A stretch of 64,000 nucleotides of DNA from Candidatus Latescibacterota bacterium (GTDB lineage Bacteria; Latescibacterota; UBA2968; UBA8231). The notes beneath the pieces were generated by a model. It made no database searches and was not told the origin of the DNA. It saw nothing but the letters and a program-made list of their open reading frames with translations. Below, piece after piece: positions 20,192 through 29,470 of this stretch. The stretch spans positions 1,120,001 to 1,184,000 of the forward strand of contig CBDAOB010000003.1 in assembly GCA_965197905.1 (NCBI GenBank), written 5' to 3'. The stretch's first letter is position 1. Every line of letters starts with the position of its first letter. Made by a program: the position numbers and the translations under genes.

Positions 20192-20249
20192 TTGACACAG
20201 TTTTCTCGTCCAGTTACCGTTCTATCTCGGTATAGTGCACATTTGAGCA
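20192..20249 (+). promoter_or_regulatory. Putative sigma70 promoter and imperfect palindrome (candidate LexA-type operator) upstream of imuB
   Basis: TTGACA(20192)-N17-TACCGT; TGCAC-ATTT-GAGCA at 20236-20249. Confidence 0.4.
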
Positions 20250-20262
20250 GTATATTTAAGAG

Positions 20263-21411
20263 ATGTCGACCTGGATTGTCTGTTTTCACATCCCGGATCT
20301 AGCAGTTCGGACATTGACCGAAAATCCCCAGGAAAAGGTGGTGGTCTCCTGGGCAGGTCAGGTCTGGTCCTGGAGCGAGACCGTGGAGAAAAGCCGGCTC
20401 CGCACCGGTGATTCCCTGCAGCGGGCTCGGGCACTCTGTCCCGACGCGCTGCTACTGGAACGGGATCTGCATCGCGAGGTCATGATGCGGGAGCGTCTGC
20501 TTAATCAACTCTACTCGGCCTCCCCCCGAGTGATGATGCTCCATGAGACCTCTCTCCACGGGGCATGGGGGTTGTTGCAGAATCCGCTGGGGGATCGGCT
20601 ACGGCACCTGACAACGGAATTGCGGGCAAAGGTAGGTGTCGCCCAGCATCGATCTTATGCCATGTTGGCCGCGGCCAAAGCGGCCTTCGGTGAGCTTGTA
20701 GTAATAAAGCCGGCCGACCTGATGCCGTTTTTGCGGGAAACCTCGGTAGCGGTGTTGATCCCCTTGGGATACCCCAAGGTGGTTGATGCTCTGTCGCTGT
20801 TCGGCCTGCGCTCCCTGCAGCAGGTGTATCAATTGACCCGACGCCATCTGGAAGCCCAGTTCGAAGAGCAGGGCAGGTCACTCTACGCCTTGCTACATCC
20901 CAACGATGAACCTCCCATCCCCGTGTACGAACCGGGTGTAATCCAGACCGGGTTCGAGTTAGACGCATCCATTCTCGAAACCCTGGATCTCGCTCCTCAG
21001 CTCACTTACCTGGTGGATCAAGCAATCGATCAATTAAAGGGCAAGTGTGCTCAGTATCTGGAGCTGCAGTTGCAGACGGAAAAGGGCAAGGTGGAAGCCT
21101 GCCGGCTGTTGAAAGAGCCCGTATCCGACCAACGCAGCCTCATCCATGCGGCTCGGTATCTGCTCTCCAATCTATTGCCAAAGGCAGGTGAGGTTTGCGG
21201 TCTGGGAGTTTCTCTTGGCGGCCTGGTCGACACCCCGTTCAGGCAGGAGTCTTTGTTCCCTCAGCGAAAACCGGTTCTGAGCGCTTTGAGAGCGGTAGAA
21301 CGGCGATTTCCCTCCAAGCTGCTGCGGGGTATCGTGGCGGATCCACAACCTATTTTCCACGAAGAGCAAACCAGATTCGAACCCATTTTCCCGGGGAAAC
21401 CAGCCACCTGA
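20263..21411 (+). CDS. imuB: ImuB-like inactive Y-family polymerase accessory protein
   Basis: GDSLQRARALCPDA, FGLRSLQQV helix-hairpin-helix, clamp motif QESLF; no Y-family catalytic acidic motif seen; upstream of dnaE2. Confidence 0.8.
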   Translation: MSTWIVCFHIPDLAVRTLTENPQEKVVVSWAGQVWSWSETVEKSRLRTGDSLQRARALCPDALLLERDLHREVMMRERLLNQLYSASPRVMMLHETSLHGAWGLLQNPLGDRLRHLTTELRAKVGVAQHRSYAMLAAAKAAFGELVVIKPADLMPFLRETSVAVLIPLGYPKVVDALSLFGLRSLQQVYQLTRRHLEAQFEEQGRSLYALLHPNDEPPIPVYEPGVIQTGFELDASILETLDLAPQLTYLVDQAIDQLKGKCAQYLELQLQTEKGKVEACRLLKEPVSDQRSLIHAARYLLSNLLPKAGEVCGLGVSLGGLVDTPFRQESLFPQRKPVLSALRAVERRFPSKLLRGIVADPQPIFHEEQTRFEPIFPGKPAT

Positions 21412-21653
21412 AGCTCTACGACGAACAGATAGAGGTTGTATCGGGCAGCGATTCAAAACCGATACGGCTGAGCTGGCGCAAACGATGGTATGAGGTAGCT
21501 GCCATCCAGGATGAGTGGAAGGTGCGCGGAAGGCATTGGTACCAAGAAGAGAGTCGTCGGTATTTCCAGATCCAAACCGCTGACAACCGGATCATGACTG
21601 TATGTCAAAAGGAAACGAAGGATGACTGGCTCCTGGTGAGAGTGGTCGATTGA
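21408..21653 (+). CDS. Small ImuB-C/DUF6504-like protein
   Basis: PIRLSWRKRWYEVAAIQDEWKVRGRHWYQEESRRYFQI...WLLVRVVD; probable CTG start overlapping the imuB stop (CTGA); its stop overlaps the dnaE2 TTG. Confidence 0.7.
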   Translation: MKLYDEQIEVVSGSDSKPIRLSWRKRWYEVAAIQDEWKVRGRHWYQEESRRYFQIQTADNRIMTVCQKETKDDWLLVRVVD

Positions 21654-24600
21654 ACTTCGCTCATCTGCACGTACGCTCCTGGTTCTCGTTTTTAGGTGGG
21701 GGATCGCCCCCTGAAAAACTGGTCCAGCGTGCTGCGCAACTTGGGTTTAAAGCCCTTGCTCTTACCGACCGGAACGGAGTCTACGGTGCGGTCCGGTTTC
21801 AACAGGCCTGCAGAGATGCCGGCGTTCACGGGGTCATCGGCGCCGAGGTTACGGTAGAGGACACGGCCCTGGTGCTTCTCTGCATGAGCCGGAAAGGGTA
21901 TGCCAACCTCAATCGCCTGCTGACCACCGCCCACCTGGCTGATAGGGACAGCCCTTCCGCAACCCTGGAGTCGGTGAAGAAGTACCATGAGGAGCTGTAC
22001 TGTCTTACCAATGGGAGGGATGGAAGACTGTGGGAGCTGGTCTCGCGGCGCAAAACACGGGAAGCAGATCTGTGGTTGCAGCAGTGGCACTCCATTTTTC
22101 GCGAGCGCCTGTACGTGGAGCTGTGTCACGGTCAGCACCAGGGAGACAGTTTCGTGGTGCAGCGAATCTATCGCCTGGCCAACCGACACGGCATTGCCAC
22201 TGTCGCTACCAACGACGTGCGTTTTTGCCGCCCGGACGATTACCGGGTCTACGATCTGTTCACCTGTATTCGGCACAACATCCGCATCTCCGATCCCCAT
22301 CCTGATCGACCCCACAATGCGGAACAGTATCTGAAAAGCGAGGCTGAGCTGCGCCGATGGATCCCTTTCCCCGAGGCGTTCGCCAGTGCCGCCGAGATTG
22401 CAGCCAACTGTAGCGTCGATCTCCTTCCGGAAGAGATCACCCCGCCCGCTGCCCATCTCCCAGATGGGATCAGTGGCAAAAAATATCTCACCTCCCTCTG
22501 CCGCGAGGCGCTTCCGGTAAAATACCTGGAGCGCAAAAATGAGGCGATCGCGCAACTGGAAAAAGAGCTGCAGGTCATCGCCGATCTCGACCTCCAAGAG
22601 TTTTTCCTGGTGGTACGCGAGGTGGTTGCGGAAGCAAGGCGCCGGGGAATTCGCTGCGCCGGCCGCGGTTCGGCGGCCAACAGCATCGTCGCCTATCTAT
22701 TGGATATCACCGCAGTGGATCCGATCGAACACAATCTCCTGTTCGAACGTTTCCTGCACGGCGGCCGCAAGGGTACCCCCGACATCGACATCGACTTCGA
22801 CTCCGATCGCCGTGACGAGGTGATCGAGTGGATGGAAGAGCGGTTCGGGCTGTCGCAAACCGCCATGACCGCAACCTTGGTGACTTACCGCGCCCGTTCC
22901 GCTTTGCGGGACGTGGCCAAAACCCTCGGCTGGCCTCTCGCGCTAATAAACGAGCTTACCAAGCTGGTACCGGGCTTTGGCATAGGAGTCATTCCCGAGT
23001 TTACCGAGCAGATCACCGCCCTTTTGGGGGAATCGCCCCTGGTTCATTACCTGCTGCATACAGTGCGACAGCTGGAAGGGTGCCCGCGTCATCTCGGGTT
23101 GCATTCGGGGGGGATGGTGCTCTCGAGAAAGTGTCTGACCTACTTCAGCCCAACCCAGGTGAGTGCCAACGGGGTGAAGGTGCTGCAGTTCGACAAGTAC
23201 GACATCGAAGCGCTGGGGCTGGTCAAACTCGATGTGCTCGGTCTGCGTATGCTGGCCACCCTCAGTGAGGCCGAAGAGCTGGTGCGGCGTCACGAAGATC
23301 CGCAATTCGACATCGATACGCTGCAGTTGGACGATCCACGGGTATACGAGCTTATGTGCTCAGGCCGCACCATCGGTCTGTTCCAGATCGAATCCCAGGG
23401 CCAGATGCACATGTTGGCGGTCAATCAACCCAGCTGTTTCGACGATGTGATCGTGGAGGTGGCGATCTTTCGTCCCGGTCCCCTGCAGTCGGGTATGGTC
23501 CATCCTTACATCCGGCGGCGCCAGGGGAAGGAGGAAGTGGTGTACGACCATCCCATCCTGGAGGAGATCCTCGAAGACACCTACGGCATCATCCTGTTCC
23601 AGGAGCAGGTGCTGGAGATAGCGCACCGCTTTGCCCACATGAGTCTCGAAGAGGCGGACGATTTCCGCGCTTTAATGTCCAAGTTCAGAGACCCGGGAGA
23701 GATGGAACGGATGCGGGGCAAATTCGTTGCGGGAGCTATGGGGCGAGGGGTACCCGAAGAGATTGCTCAAAAGGTGTTTGATCAGGTTTCCCACTTCGTC
23801 GGTTACGGATTTTGCCGTTCCCACGCGGCGGCCTTCGCGCGTACGGTGTATCACTCCGCCTATCTGAAACGATACAACCCGGCTTGTTACATGGCTGCCG
23901 TTATGGAGCATCGTCCCGGATTTTACGATCAGGGTACGCTGGAAGAGGAAGCGAAACGCTTCGGTGTCGACATTCTGCCGCCCGACATCAACTGCTCCCA
24001 AATCCGTTTTGATGTGGAGCCGGTAAAGAAGGGGGCTCTGGCGATTCGCAAACCTTTGACCTCCGTGCGCAACGTATCCGAAGAGGATGCAACGCGTATC
24101 GTCTGGGGTCGCCTGGCAGGAGCGTACAAAAGCGTCGAGGATCTGATCACCAGAGTTGCCCTCGATCGCGACGTGCTCGAACCTCTCGCCCTTGCCGGCG
24201 CTCTGGACAAGCTTGCCACTTCCAGCCGCGATGCTTTATGGCAGATTGGAGTACTGATGAATCGCATCGACTTGATCCGCGATCACGCTCCAGCCCACTC
24301 GCTGTTTACCTTGCCGGTGATCTCCTCGATTGATATTCCAACGCTCCCCGATCTGACTCAGGTCGAACGAATGACCTGGGATCACCACGCCCATGAAGCA
24401 AGCCGGGTACACCCCATGTCGTTGATTCGTCGTACCCTGAAGAGGCTTGGAGTGATGCCGGTCAGCGGCTGCTTCCGTATCGTTCCCTTAGAGCAAGAAG
24501 GCAAAGCAGCGGAGCCGATGGTGACCATCGCCGGCCGCGTCATCCTGCGCCAGCGTCCCGCCACCGCCAAGGGAGTTATGTTTATAACCCTTGAGGACGA

Positions 24601-24844
24601 AACCGGGTATATCCAGGGGGTGGCGTTTCAACAGATCCAAGAGCAGTTCGGTGAGGTGCTGAGACAACCGGAGCTGATCGTCAGAGGTCGTCTGCAAGCC
24701 AGCGGGGGATGGAGGGGGCTGGTCATGCAGGAAGCCTGGCCCATCGAAGGAATGTTTGGCGGTTATTCCGGTTTTGCCTCGCAGAGTGGGGGAAGAGACC
24801 AGGTGGATGAAGCTCCGATCTCGGCACAACGACAGATGCGGTAG
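21650..24844 (+). CDS. dnaE2: Error-prone DNA polymerase III alpha subunit (DnaE2/ImuC)
   Basis: PHP HLHVRSWFSF, GRGSAANS, PDIDIDFD, KLDVLGL, YGFCRSHAAAF, RQRPATAKG OB fold; 1064 aa. Confidence 0.95.
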   Translation: MNFAHLHVRSWFSFLGGGSPPEKLVQRAAQLGFKALALTDRNGVYGAVRFQQACRDAGVHGVIGAEVTVEDTALVLLCMSRKGYANLNRLLTTAHLADRDSPSATLESVKKYHEELYCLTNGRDGRLWELVSRRKTREADLWLQQWHSIFRERLYVELCHGQHQGDSFVVQRIYRLANRHGIATVATNDVRFCRPDDYRVYDLFTCIRHNIRISDPHPDRPHNAEQYLKSEAELRRWIPFPEAFASAAEIAANCSVDLLPEEITPPAAHLPDGISGKKYLTSLCREALPVKYLERKNEAIAQLEKELQVIADLDLQEFFLVVREVVAEARRRGIRCAGRGSAANSIVAYLLDITAVDPIEHNLLFERFLHGGRKGTPDIDIDFDSDRRDEVIEWMEERFGLSQTAMTATLVTYRARSALRDVAKTLGWPLALINELTKLVPGFGIGVIPEFTEQITALLGESPLVHYLLHTVRQLEGCPRHLGLHSGGMVLSRKCLTYFSPTQVSANGVKVLQFDKYDIEALGLVKLDVLGLRMLATLSEAEELVRRHEDPQFDIDTLQLDDPRVYELMCSGRTIGLFQIESQGQMHMLAVNQPSCFDDVIVEVAIFRPGPLQSGMVHPYIRRRQGKEEVVYDHPILEEILEDTYGIILFQEQVLEIAHRFAHMSLEEADDFRALMSKFRDPGEMERMRGKFVAGAMGRGVPEEIAQKVFDQVSHFVGYGFCRSHAAAFARTVYHSAYLKRYNPACYMAAVMEHRPGFYDQGTLEEEAKRFGVDILPPDINCSQIRFDVEPVKKGALAIRKPLTSVRNVSEEDATRIVWGRLAGAYKSVEDLITRVALDRDVLEPLALAGALDKLATSSRDALWQIGVLMNRIDLIRDHAPAHSLFTLPVISSIDIPTLPDLTQVERMTWDHHAHEASRVHPMSLIRRTLKRLGVMPVSGCFRIVPLEQEGKAAEPMVTIAGRVILRQRPATAKGVMFITLEDETGYIQGVAFQQIQEQFGEVLRQPELIVRGRLQASGGWRGLVMQEAWPIEGMFGGYSGFASQSGGRDQVDEAPISAQRQMR

Positions 24845-24876
24845 TGTGGGATCATGCGCCTGTCCGAGTGTGCTAC

Positions 24877-25542
24877 CTACCCGTGCCGCTCCTCTTTCCA
24901 AGGGTCCCCCCGCCGATGATATCCGCGCTGTTCCCAATAGCCCGGCTGGTCGACCGGGCTGAAGATCAGCTTGCGCAGAAACTTCGCCGACTTCCAGGCA
25001 TACAGCTTGGGAACGATGAGGCGCATGGGTCCGCCATGCTCGCGGGAAAGGGGTTCCCCAAAAAGCTCATCTGCAAGGATCACGTCCTCATCTAGGCAGT
25101 CCGCGAGTGGCAGATTGGTGGTGTAATAGTCCGCTCCTTCCGCAATTACGAATCGGGCGGTCGACTTGGGCCGAGCCATGGCGGCGAGATCGACGAACCT
25201 GACACCGTTCCACTTCACGTCGAATTTTGACCAGGTAGTAACGCAATGAAAATCGGAAACCTGCTCGCAGCGGGGTAGCTGACGGAACTGCTCCCAGTCC
25301 AACTCCAGCGTCTCTTCCACTTCCCCTTCAACCTTCAAACGCCACCGAGGTTCGTAGAATTTGGGCCGCACGCCCAGATCCAGGACCGGAAACCCGGTCG
25401 TCACGTGCTGACCGGGCGGCAGTCGTTCCACGTCCGGATCGGCCTGACGGGGAGCCTGCTTCTTGAACCGCTCCAGCAGTTTCCTCTTGGCCTCGATCAT
25501 TTTCTGGTTGTATTCCACGTTCCGAATTTTTCGATGATGCAA
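24877..25542 (-). CDS. Sulfite oxidase-like molybdopterin oxidoreductase (start uncertain)
   Basis: RLPPGQ, DFHCVTTWS, HGGPMRLIVPKLYAWKSAK, GYWEQRGYH. Confidence 0.88.
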   Translation of the reverse strand: MHHRKIRNVEYNQKMIEAKRKLLERFKKQAPRQADPDVERLPPGQHVTTGFPVLDLGVRPKFYEPRWRLKVEGEVEETLELDWEQFRQLPRCEQVSDFHCVTTWSKFDVKWNGVRFVDLAAMARPKSTARFVIAEGADYYTTNLPLADCLDEDVILADELFGEPLSREHGGPMRLIVPKLYAWKSAKFLRKLIFSPVDQPGYWEQRGYHRRGDPWKEERHG

Positions 25543-25576
25543 CAGAAAACCCCCGTCATCGCGGCGACGGGGGTTT
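25541..25576 (-). terminator. Rho-independent terminator
   Basis: Stem AAACCCCCGTC / GACGGGGGTTT with an 8-nt loop, followed on the minus strand by a U-rich tract; 25 nt after the stop of 25602..26384. Confidence 0.8.
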
Positions 25577-25601
25577 CAGTTTTGTCGTAAGCGCGTGTCT
25601 T

Positions 25602-26384
25602 TCAGGCGCGCCGAATTCGATCCAGGAGCCGTTCCAAGCGGTCGAACGCCACGCGCATCATCTCTTCGTCCCAGTCGCCGTCCACGTTGATGCTGACGAT
25701 TTTCTGCACCGCTTCCAAATACGCCTTCTGCGACTCCGTCAACACGCGAGCGAATGACGCGCGATCTTGCCCCCTGTCCGCGGAGCGATCGTTTCCTCCA
25801 GAGCGCTCGTTTCCTCCGGACCGCTCAGGTTGCGGCTGGCCCCGCCCCTCCCCGCGGCTCGGCTCCGAGCTTGCTCTCGCCGGTTCGGGCGGTGGCGAAT
25901 CGGCGGTTTCTGCATCGCCGCCCCCGTTCTGCGAGCCATAGTTGGACTCAGTGATCAAGTATTTGAAAAACATCTTCATCTTGTTGGCGGAATCTCGACC
26001 CACCCCAGTGCGTTCGGTGAAAAAGGAGACGATGTTGTTGTCGGAAACCTTGCCGTTTCCTTCGTTCCACTGTTCCAGCAATTCGGGATACAGATCCTGG
26101 AGAACCTCGATCAGCGCCTGTTTTCGCGACTCCTGATCCACCAGGCGCTGCAAAAGATCGGTGGGCTGCTGGTCGCGGTCGATCAGATTCATCGCTTCGA
26201 TGCCCCGTAAAAAACGGTGGATCATGGAGGGGGTGCGAATGATAGCCTGCATATAGTCGCGATCGATCTGCTCGGGAATATTGCGCTCCAGTCGCGACAG
26301 GAACTTGTCGAACTGGACCTTGGTCACGTAGGGATACCAGGTTCGGCTCGCTTTATCCTGGCCTTCGCCGCTGTCTTCAGTCAT
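25602..26384 (-). CDS. DUF5343-like hypothetical protein with a low-complexity linker
   Basis: YPYVT...FLSRL...PEQIDRDY...NLIDRDQQPT...LYPEL pattern; ERSGGN repeat linker. Confidence 0.6.
   Translation of the reverse strand: MTEDSGEGQDKASRTWYPYVTKVQFDKFLSRLERNIPEQIDRDYMQAIIRTPSMIHRFLRGIEAMNLIDRDQQPTDLLQRLVDQESRKQALIEVLQDLYPELLEQWNEGNGKVSDNNIVSFFTERTGVGRDSANKMKMFFKYLITESNYGSQNGGGDAETADSPPPEPARASSEPSRGEGRGQPQPERSGGNERSGGNDRSADRGQDRASFARVLTESQKAYLEAVQKIVSINVDGDWDEEMMRVAFDRLERLLDRIRRA
25783..25826. repeat. 18-bp tandem repeat (about 2.5 copies) encoding ERSGGN
   Basis: GAGCGATCGTTTCCTCCA / GAGCGCTCGTTTCCTCCG / GACCGCTC. Confidence 0.75.
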
Positions 26385-26455
26385 TTTCGTTTCTCCGCAT
26401 TTGTGCTCGACACGCCCTCCCTTGTCGCAGACGTTCTGCGCTCAATCTACCTTCG

Positions 26456-26809
26456 TTAGCCCGGGTGTCTCGCTGTTACAATCGTCTTGATGCCGCCGCG
26501 CACGTTGAATTCGCCGACGACAGTCATATTGTGCGGTGCGCAAGCGGCCACGAGATCGTCCAGGATCTTGTTGGTGACCGCTTCGTAGAATATCCCTTCC
26601 TGGCGGTACGACCAGAGATACAGCTTCAGTGATTTGAGCTCGATACAGCTGCGGTCAGGGATGTAACTGATGCGTATGATGCCGAAATCCGGCTGTCCGG
26701 TATTGGGGCAGACCGAAGTGAATTCCGGGCACTCTGCATCGATGGAATACTCCCGATTGGGATTGGGATTGGGGAAGGTCTCAAGGATACCGGCAGCGGC
26801 CGAACTCAT
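26456..26809 (-). CDS. queF: NADPH-dependent preQ0 reductase (type I)
   Basis: LETFPNP, PEFTSVCPNTGQPDFG, ELKSLKLYL, FNVRGGI. Confidence 0.95.
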   Translation of the reverse strand: MSSAAAGILETFPNPNPNREYSIDAECPEFTSVCPNTGQPDFGIIRISYIPDRSCIELKSLKLYLWSYRQEGIFYEAVTNKILDDLVAACAPHNMTVVGEFNVRGGIKTIVTARHPG

Positions 26810-26869
26810 GAATTTCTTGCCTCGATCCAAAGGTAGTCGTTTTGCGGCGGTCCACAAGCGGATCGCGAC

Positions 26870-27547
26870 TCACGCGTAGCGGATCGGGTCGGCTATTCCG
26901 GCCCGCTCGAAACCCGCACGGCGCAACCGACAGCTGTGGCAACGGCCACACGCCAGATCTTCTCTCTGGTAACACGACCAGGTGAGATGGAGTGGGGCTT
27001 CCAGCTCGACCCCCCGCCGGACGATCCCCTCTTTATCCAGGGCAAGCAGGGGTGTCATCACCTCAATTTTTGTTTGTGGCCTGGTACCGGTCTCAATGAG
27101 ATGGTTGAAGGACACGAAGAACTCCGGCCGGCAGTCGGGGTAGATGTTTTCGGCGGCGTGTGCACCTATGAAGATCTCGCGGCATTCGAGCGTTTCTGCC
27201 CAAGCTACCGCAATGCCCAGTAGGTTGGCGTTGCGAAACGGAACGTAGGTGTTGGGATTCTCTTCTGGTGCGGAACCTTGAGGGATTTCCATCGCGTGAT
27301 CAACGAGGCTAGAACCGCCGATCTGCCGCATGAACGAGACGTCGGTTGTAAGACGGTGCTGCACTTCGTAATGCTCCGCCAAATCGGAAAATGACTGCAG
27401 CTCCCGGCGCTCGGTGCGTTGGCCGTAATTCAGATGGAGGAAAGCCATCGTGTGGGAGCGGGCGGCGATGGCGGCGGCTACACAGCTGTCCAGGCCGCCG
27501 CTGATGAGAACGACCGCCGTTGGTGCCGATGAAGGATTGCCAATCAT
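26870..27547 (-). CDS. queC: 7-cyano-7-deazaguanine synthase
   Basis: SGGLDS, YGQR, TYVPFRN, YPDC, TWSCY...CGRCHSC. Confidence 0.95.
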   Translation of the reverse strand: MIGNPSSAPTAVVLISGGLDSCVAAAIAARSHTMAFLHLNYGQRTERRELQSFSDLAEHYEVQHRLTTDVSFMRQIGGSSLVDHAMEIPQGSAPEENPNTYVPFRNANLLGIAVAWAETLECREIFIGAHAAENIYPDCRPEFFVSFNHLIETGTRPQTKIEVMTPLLALDKEGIVRRGVELEAPLHLTWSCYQREDLACGRCHSCRLRRAGFERAGIADPIRYA

Positions 27548-27570
27548 GGTAATATCTGGGTGAGGCGGGG

Positions 27571-27659
27571 AGAATAAACGAGGGTCGAGTACGGGTCAAC
27601 ATCGGGACACCAGGCTCTCACTGCGATCGTATTGACTTTCGGTTGCCCGGCGGTAGATT
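27571..27659. promoter_or_regulatory. Divergent sigma70-like promoters for queC and ispH
   Basis: Minus strand TTGACC(27599)-N17-TATTCT; plus strand TTGACT(27632)-N16-TAGATT. Confidence 0.45.
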
Positions 27660-27695
27660 CTCAAGGGCTCACCAGTTATCCCGTCCTGGAGTTCG

Positions 27696-28970
27696 ATGGC
27701 ATTCTCCCAGTTCGATCGCGTTCCAAATCATTACGCCGGCACCATTATCCAACGGGTGAAGGAAATGCGCCTGGAACACGGCAAGCGATCTTTGCTCCCT
27801 ACTGTGCTCCGGGTCGGCGAGCTGGAATTCCTGATCCCCCGTTACTTCGGCTTTTGCTTCGGCGTCGAGCGCGCGATTCATATGGCGTTTGCTGCCCTCG
27901 ACAAGAACCCTGATCGCCACATCAACCTGGTCAGCCAGATCATCCACAATCCGGTGGTCAACAACGACCTCCAGGAACGTGGGATTCGTTTCGTTTACGA
28001 CGAGAATGGGAAACGCAACATTCCCGAGGGTGAGATCTCTGACGAAGACGTGGTGCTGATCCCGGCGTTCGGGACGACACTGGAAATCGAATCGTCTCTG
28101 CGGCAAAGCGGCATCGATACCTCGTCTAGGGAGTTTCGCGAGAATTACGACACCACCTGCCCGTTCGTTTCAAAGGTCTGGGACCGGGGCGAGGAGCTGG
28201 CTCTCGAGGGTTATACCATTATAATCCACGGCAAGTTCCGCCATGAAGAAACCCAGGCGACCCAGTCCCATACCAAGACCCACGGCCATACCCTGGTGGT
28301 CTTCAACGAGGCGGAAGCAGCTCAGGTCCATGATTTCATTGTTGGGAAGTTGAAGCTGGAGGATTTCCGTGAAACTTTCGACGGCAAGTCGTCCGCCGAT
28401 TTCGATCCCGAGCGGGATTTGGAGCGGGTCGCCGTGGTCAACCAGACTACCATGCTGGCAGAGGAGACCCGCGAGGTGGCGTCGATCGTTCGCGCCGCGA
28501 TGGTGGAAAAGTACGGTGATGAGAATCTGGAATATCACTTCGCCGACACCAACGACACCTTGTGTTACGCCACCAACCAGAATCAGAACGCCACCAAGAG
28601 CGTTCTAGATGCCGGCGCCGACGTAGCGGTCATCGTCGGCGGATACAACAGTTCGAATACTTCCCACCTGGTGGAAATCTGCTCACAGGTCATGCCCAGC
28701 TACCTTATCGCCAGCAGCGCCGAGCTGCTCTCCAACCGGCGCCTGCGCCATTTCGACATCGAAACGAAGGAAGTTGTCGAAACCGAGGGCTGGCTTCCCC
28801 AAGATCCCAGCACTCGCATCGTGGTCACCTCGGGGGCTTCCTGTCCCGACGTGCTGATGAACGAGGTGGTCGAAAAGATCGCCGGTTTCTACGGCTACGG
28901 CCGCGAAGCGATCGAGCAGGGTCTCAAGAATCTGAGCCTGCTGGATGTGGGCAATACGCAAACGGCATAA
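27696..28970 (+). CDS. ispH: 4-hydroxy-3-methylbut-2-enyl diphosphate reductase (long type)
   Basis: FGFCFGVERA, IIHNP, DTTCPFV, HEET, NQTT, DTLCYAT, GGYNSSNT, TSGAS. Confidence 0.95.
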   Translation: MAFSQFDRVPNHYAGTIIQRVKEMRLEHGKRSLLPTVLRVGELEFLIPRYFGFCFGVERAIHMAFAALDKNPDRHINLVSQIIHNPVVNNDLQERGIRFVYDENGKRNIPEGEISDEDVVLIPAFGTTLEIESSLRQSGIDTSSREFRENYDTTCPFVSKVWDRGEELALEGYTIIIHGKFRHEETQATQSHTKTHGHTLVVFNEAEAAQVHDFIVGKLKLEDFRETFDGKSSADFDPERDLERVAVVNQTTMLAEETREVASIVRAAMVEKYGDENLEYHFADTNDTLCYATNQNQNATKSVLDAGADVAVIVGGYNSSNTSHLVEICSQVMPSYLIASSAELLSNRRLRHFDIETKEVVETEGWLPQDPSTRIVVTSGASCPDVLMNEVVEKIAGFYGYGREAIEQGLKNLSLLDVGNTQTA

Positions 28971-29095
28971 CGCAGCCGGGCGCGCAGCGATTGATCTCCG
29001 CGCATCGATTCCCCATACCTTCGAACAGCCGTAAACAGTTTGCCCAGTTACCCTTAACGCGCCAGCTGGGGTGGCTTCGGGAGCATGCCACCACC

Positions 29096-29149
29096 TTGAC
29101 AGGCATGGGGAGGTATGGCTAATATGAAGGCGGCGTTCCCCCCCCCCCC
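29096..29149 (+). promoter_or_regulatory. Putative BMC-operon promoter followed by a C12 homopolymer
   Basis: TTGACA(29096)-N18-TAATAT(29120); C12 at 29138-29149, 18 nt before the first ATG. Confidence 0.55.
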
Positions 29150-29167
29150 AATCTCACTCTACGGAAC

Positions 29168-29470
29168 ATGCTTCTCGCACAGGTCAAAGGCCACGTTGTA
29201 TCCAGTGCCAAGATCGACAGTTTGACGGGAAAAAAGCTGTTGCTCGTAGAGATCGTTACCGTGCGCGACGAGGGTTTGGAGCGCACCGAGCGCCACATGG
29301 TTTGCGTCGATGCGGTGGGAGCTGGAGAACGGGAACTGGTGCTGGTCGTCATGGGAAGCTCAGCTCGCGTCGCCCCCCATCTCGGCGACGTACCCACGGA
29401 TGCGGTCATCGTCGGCATCATCGATTCGCTCCAGGCGTTCGGTCGCGACATGGAGTTGGCGGACGCATGA
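29168..29470 (+). CDS. BMC vertex protein (BMC-P, EutN/CcmL family)
   Basis: MLLAQVKGHVVSSAK...DAVGAGERELVLVVMGSSAR...DAVIVGIID. Confidence 0.95.
   Translation: MLLAQVKGHVVSSAKIDSLTGKKLLLVEIVTVRDEGLERTERHMVCVDAVGAGERELVLVVMGSSARVAPHLGDVPTDAVIVGIIDSLQAFGRDMELADA

Noticed and set aside
26456..27547. queC/queF as a Dpd DNA-modification or QueC-based defence system
   Set aside because: Canonical-length queC and queF in a housekeeping context; no dpdA, tgt-like or TatD partner in the window
27548..27695. preQ1 riboswitch upstream of queC
   Set aside because: No preQ1 stem-loop with an A-rich tail is visible; the space is accounted for by two promoter-like elements
27696..28970. ispH as part of the BMC pathway
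   Set aside because: Housekeeping MEP-pathway enzyme with no encapsulation peptide, separated by ~200 bp that contains a separate promoter-like element
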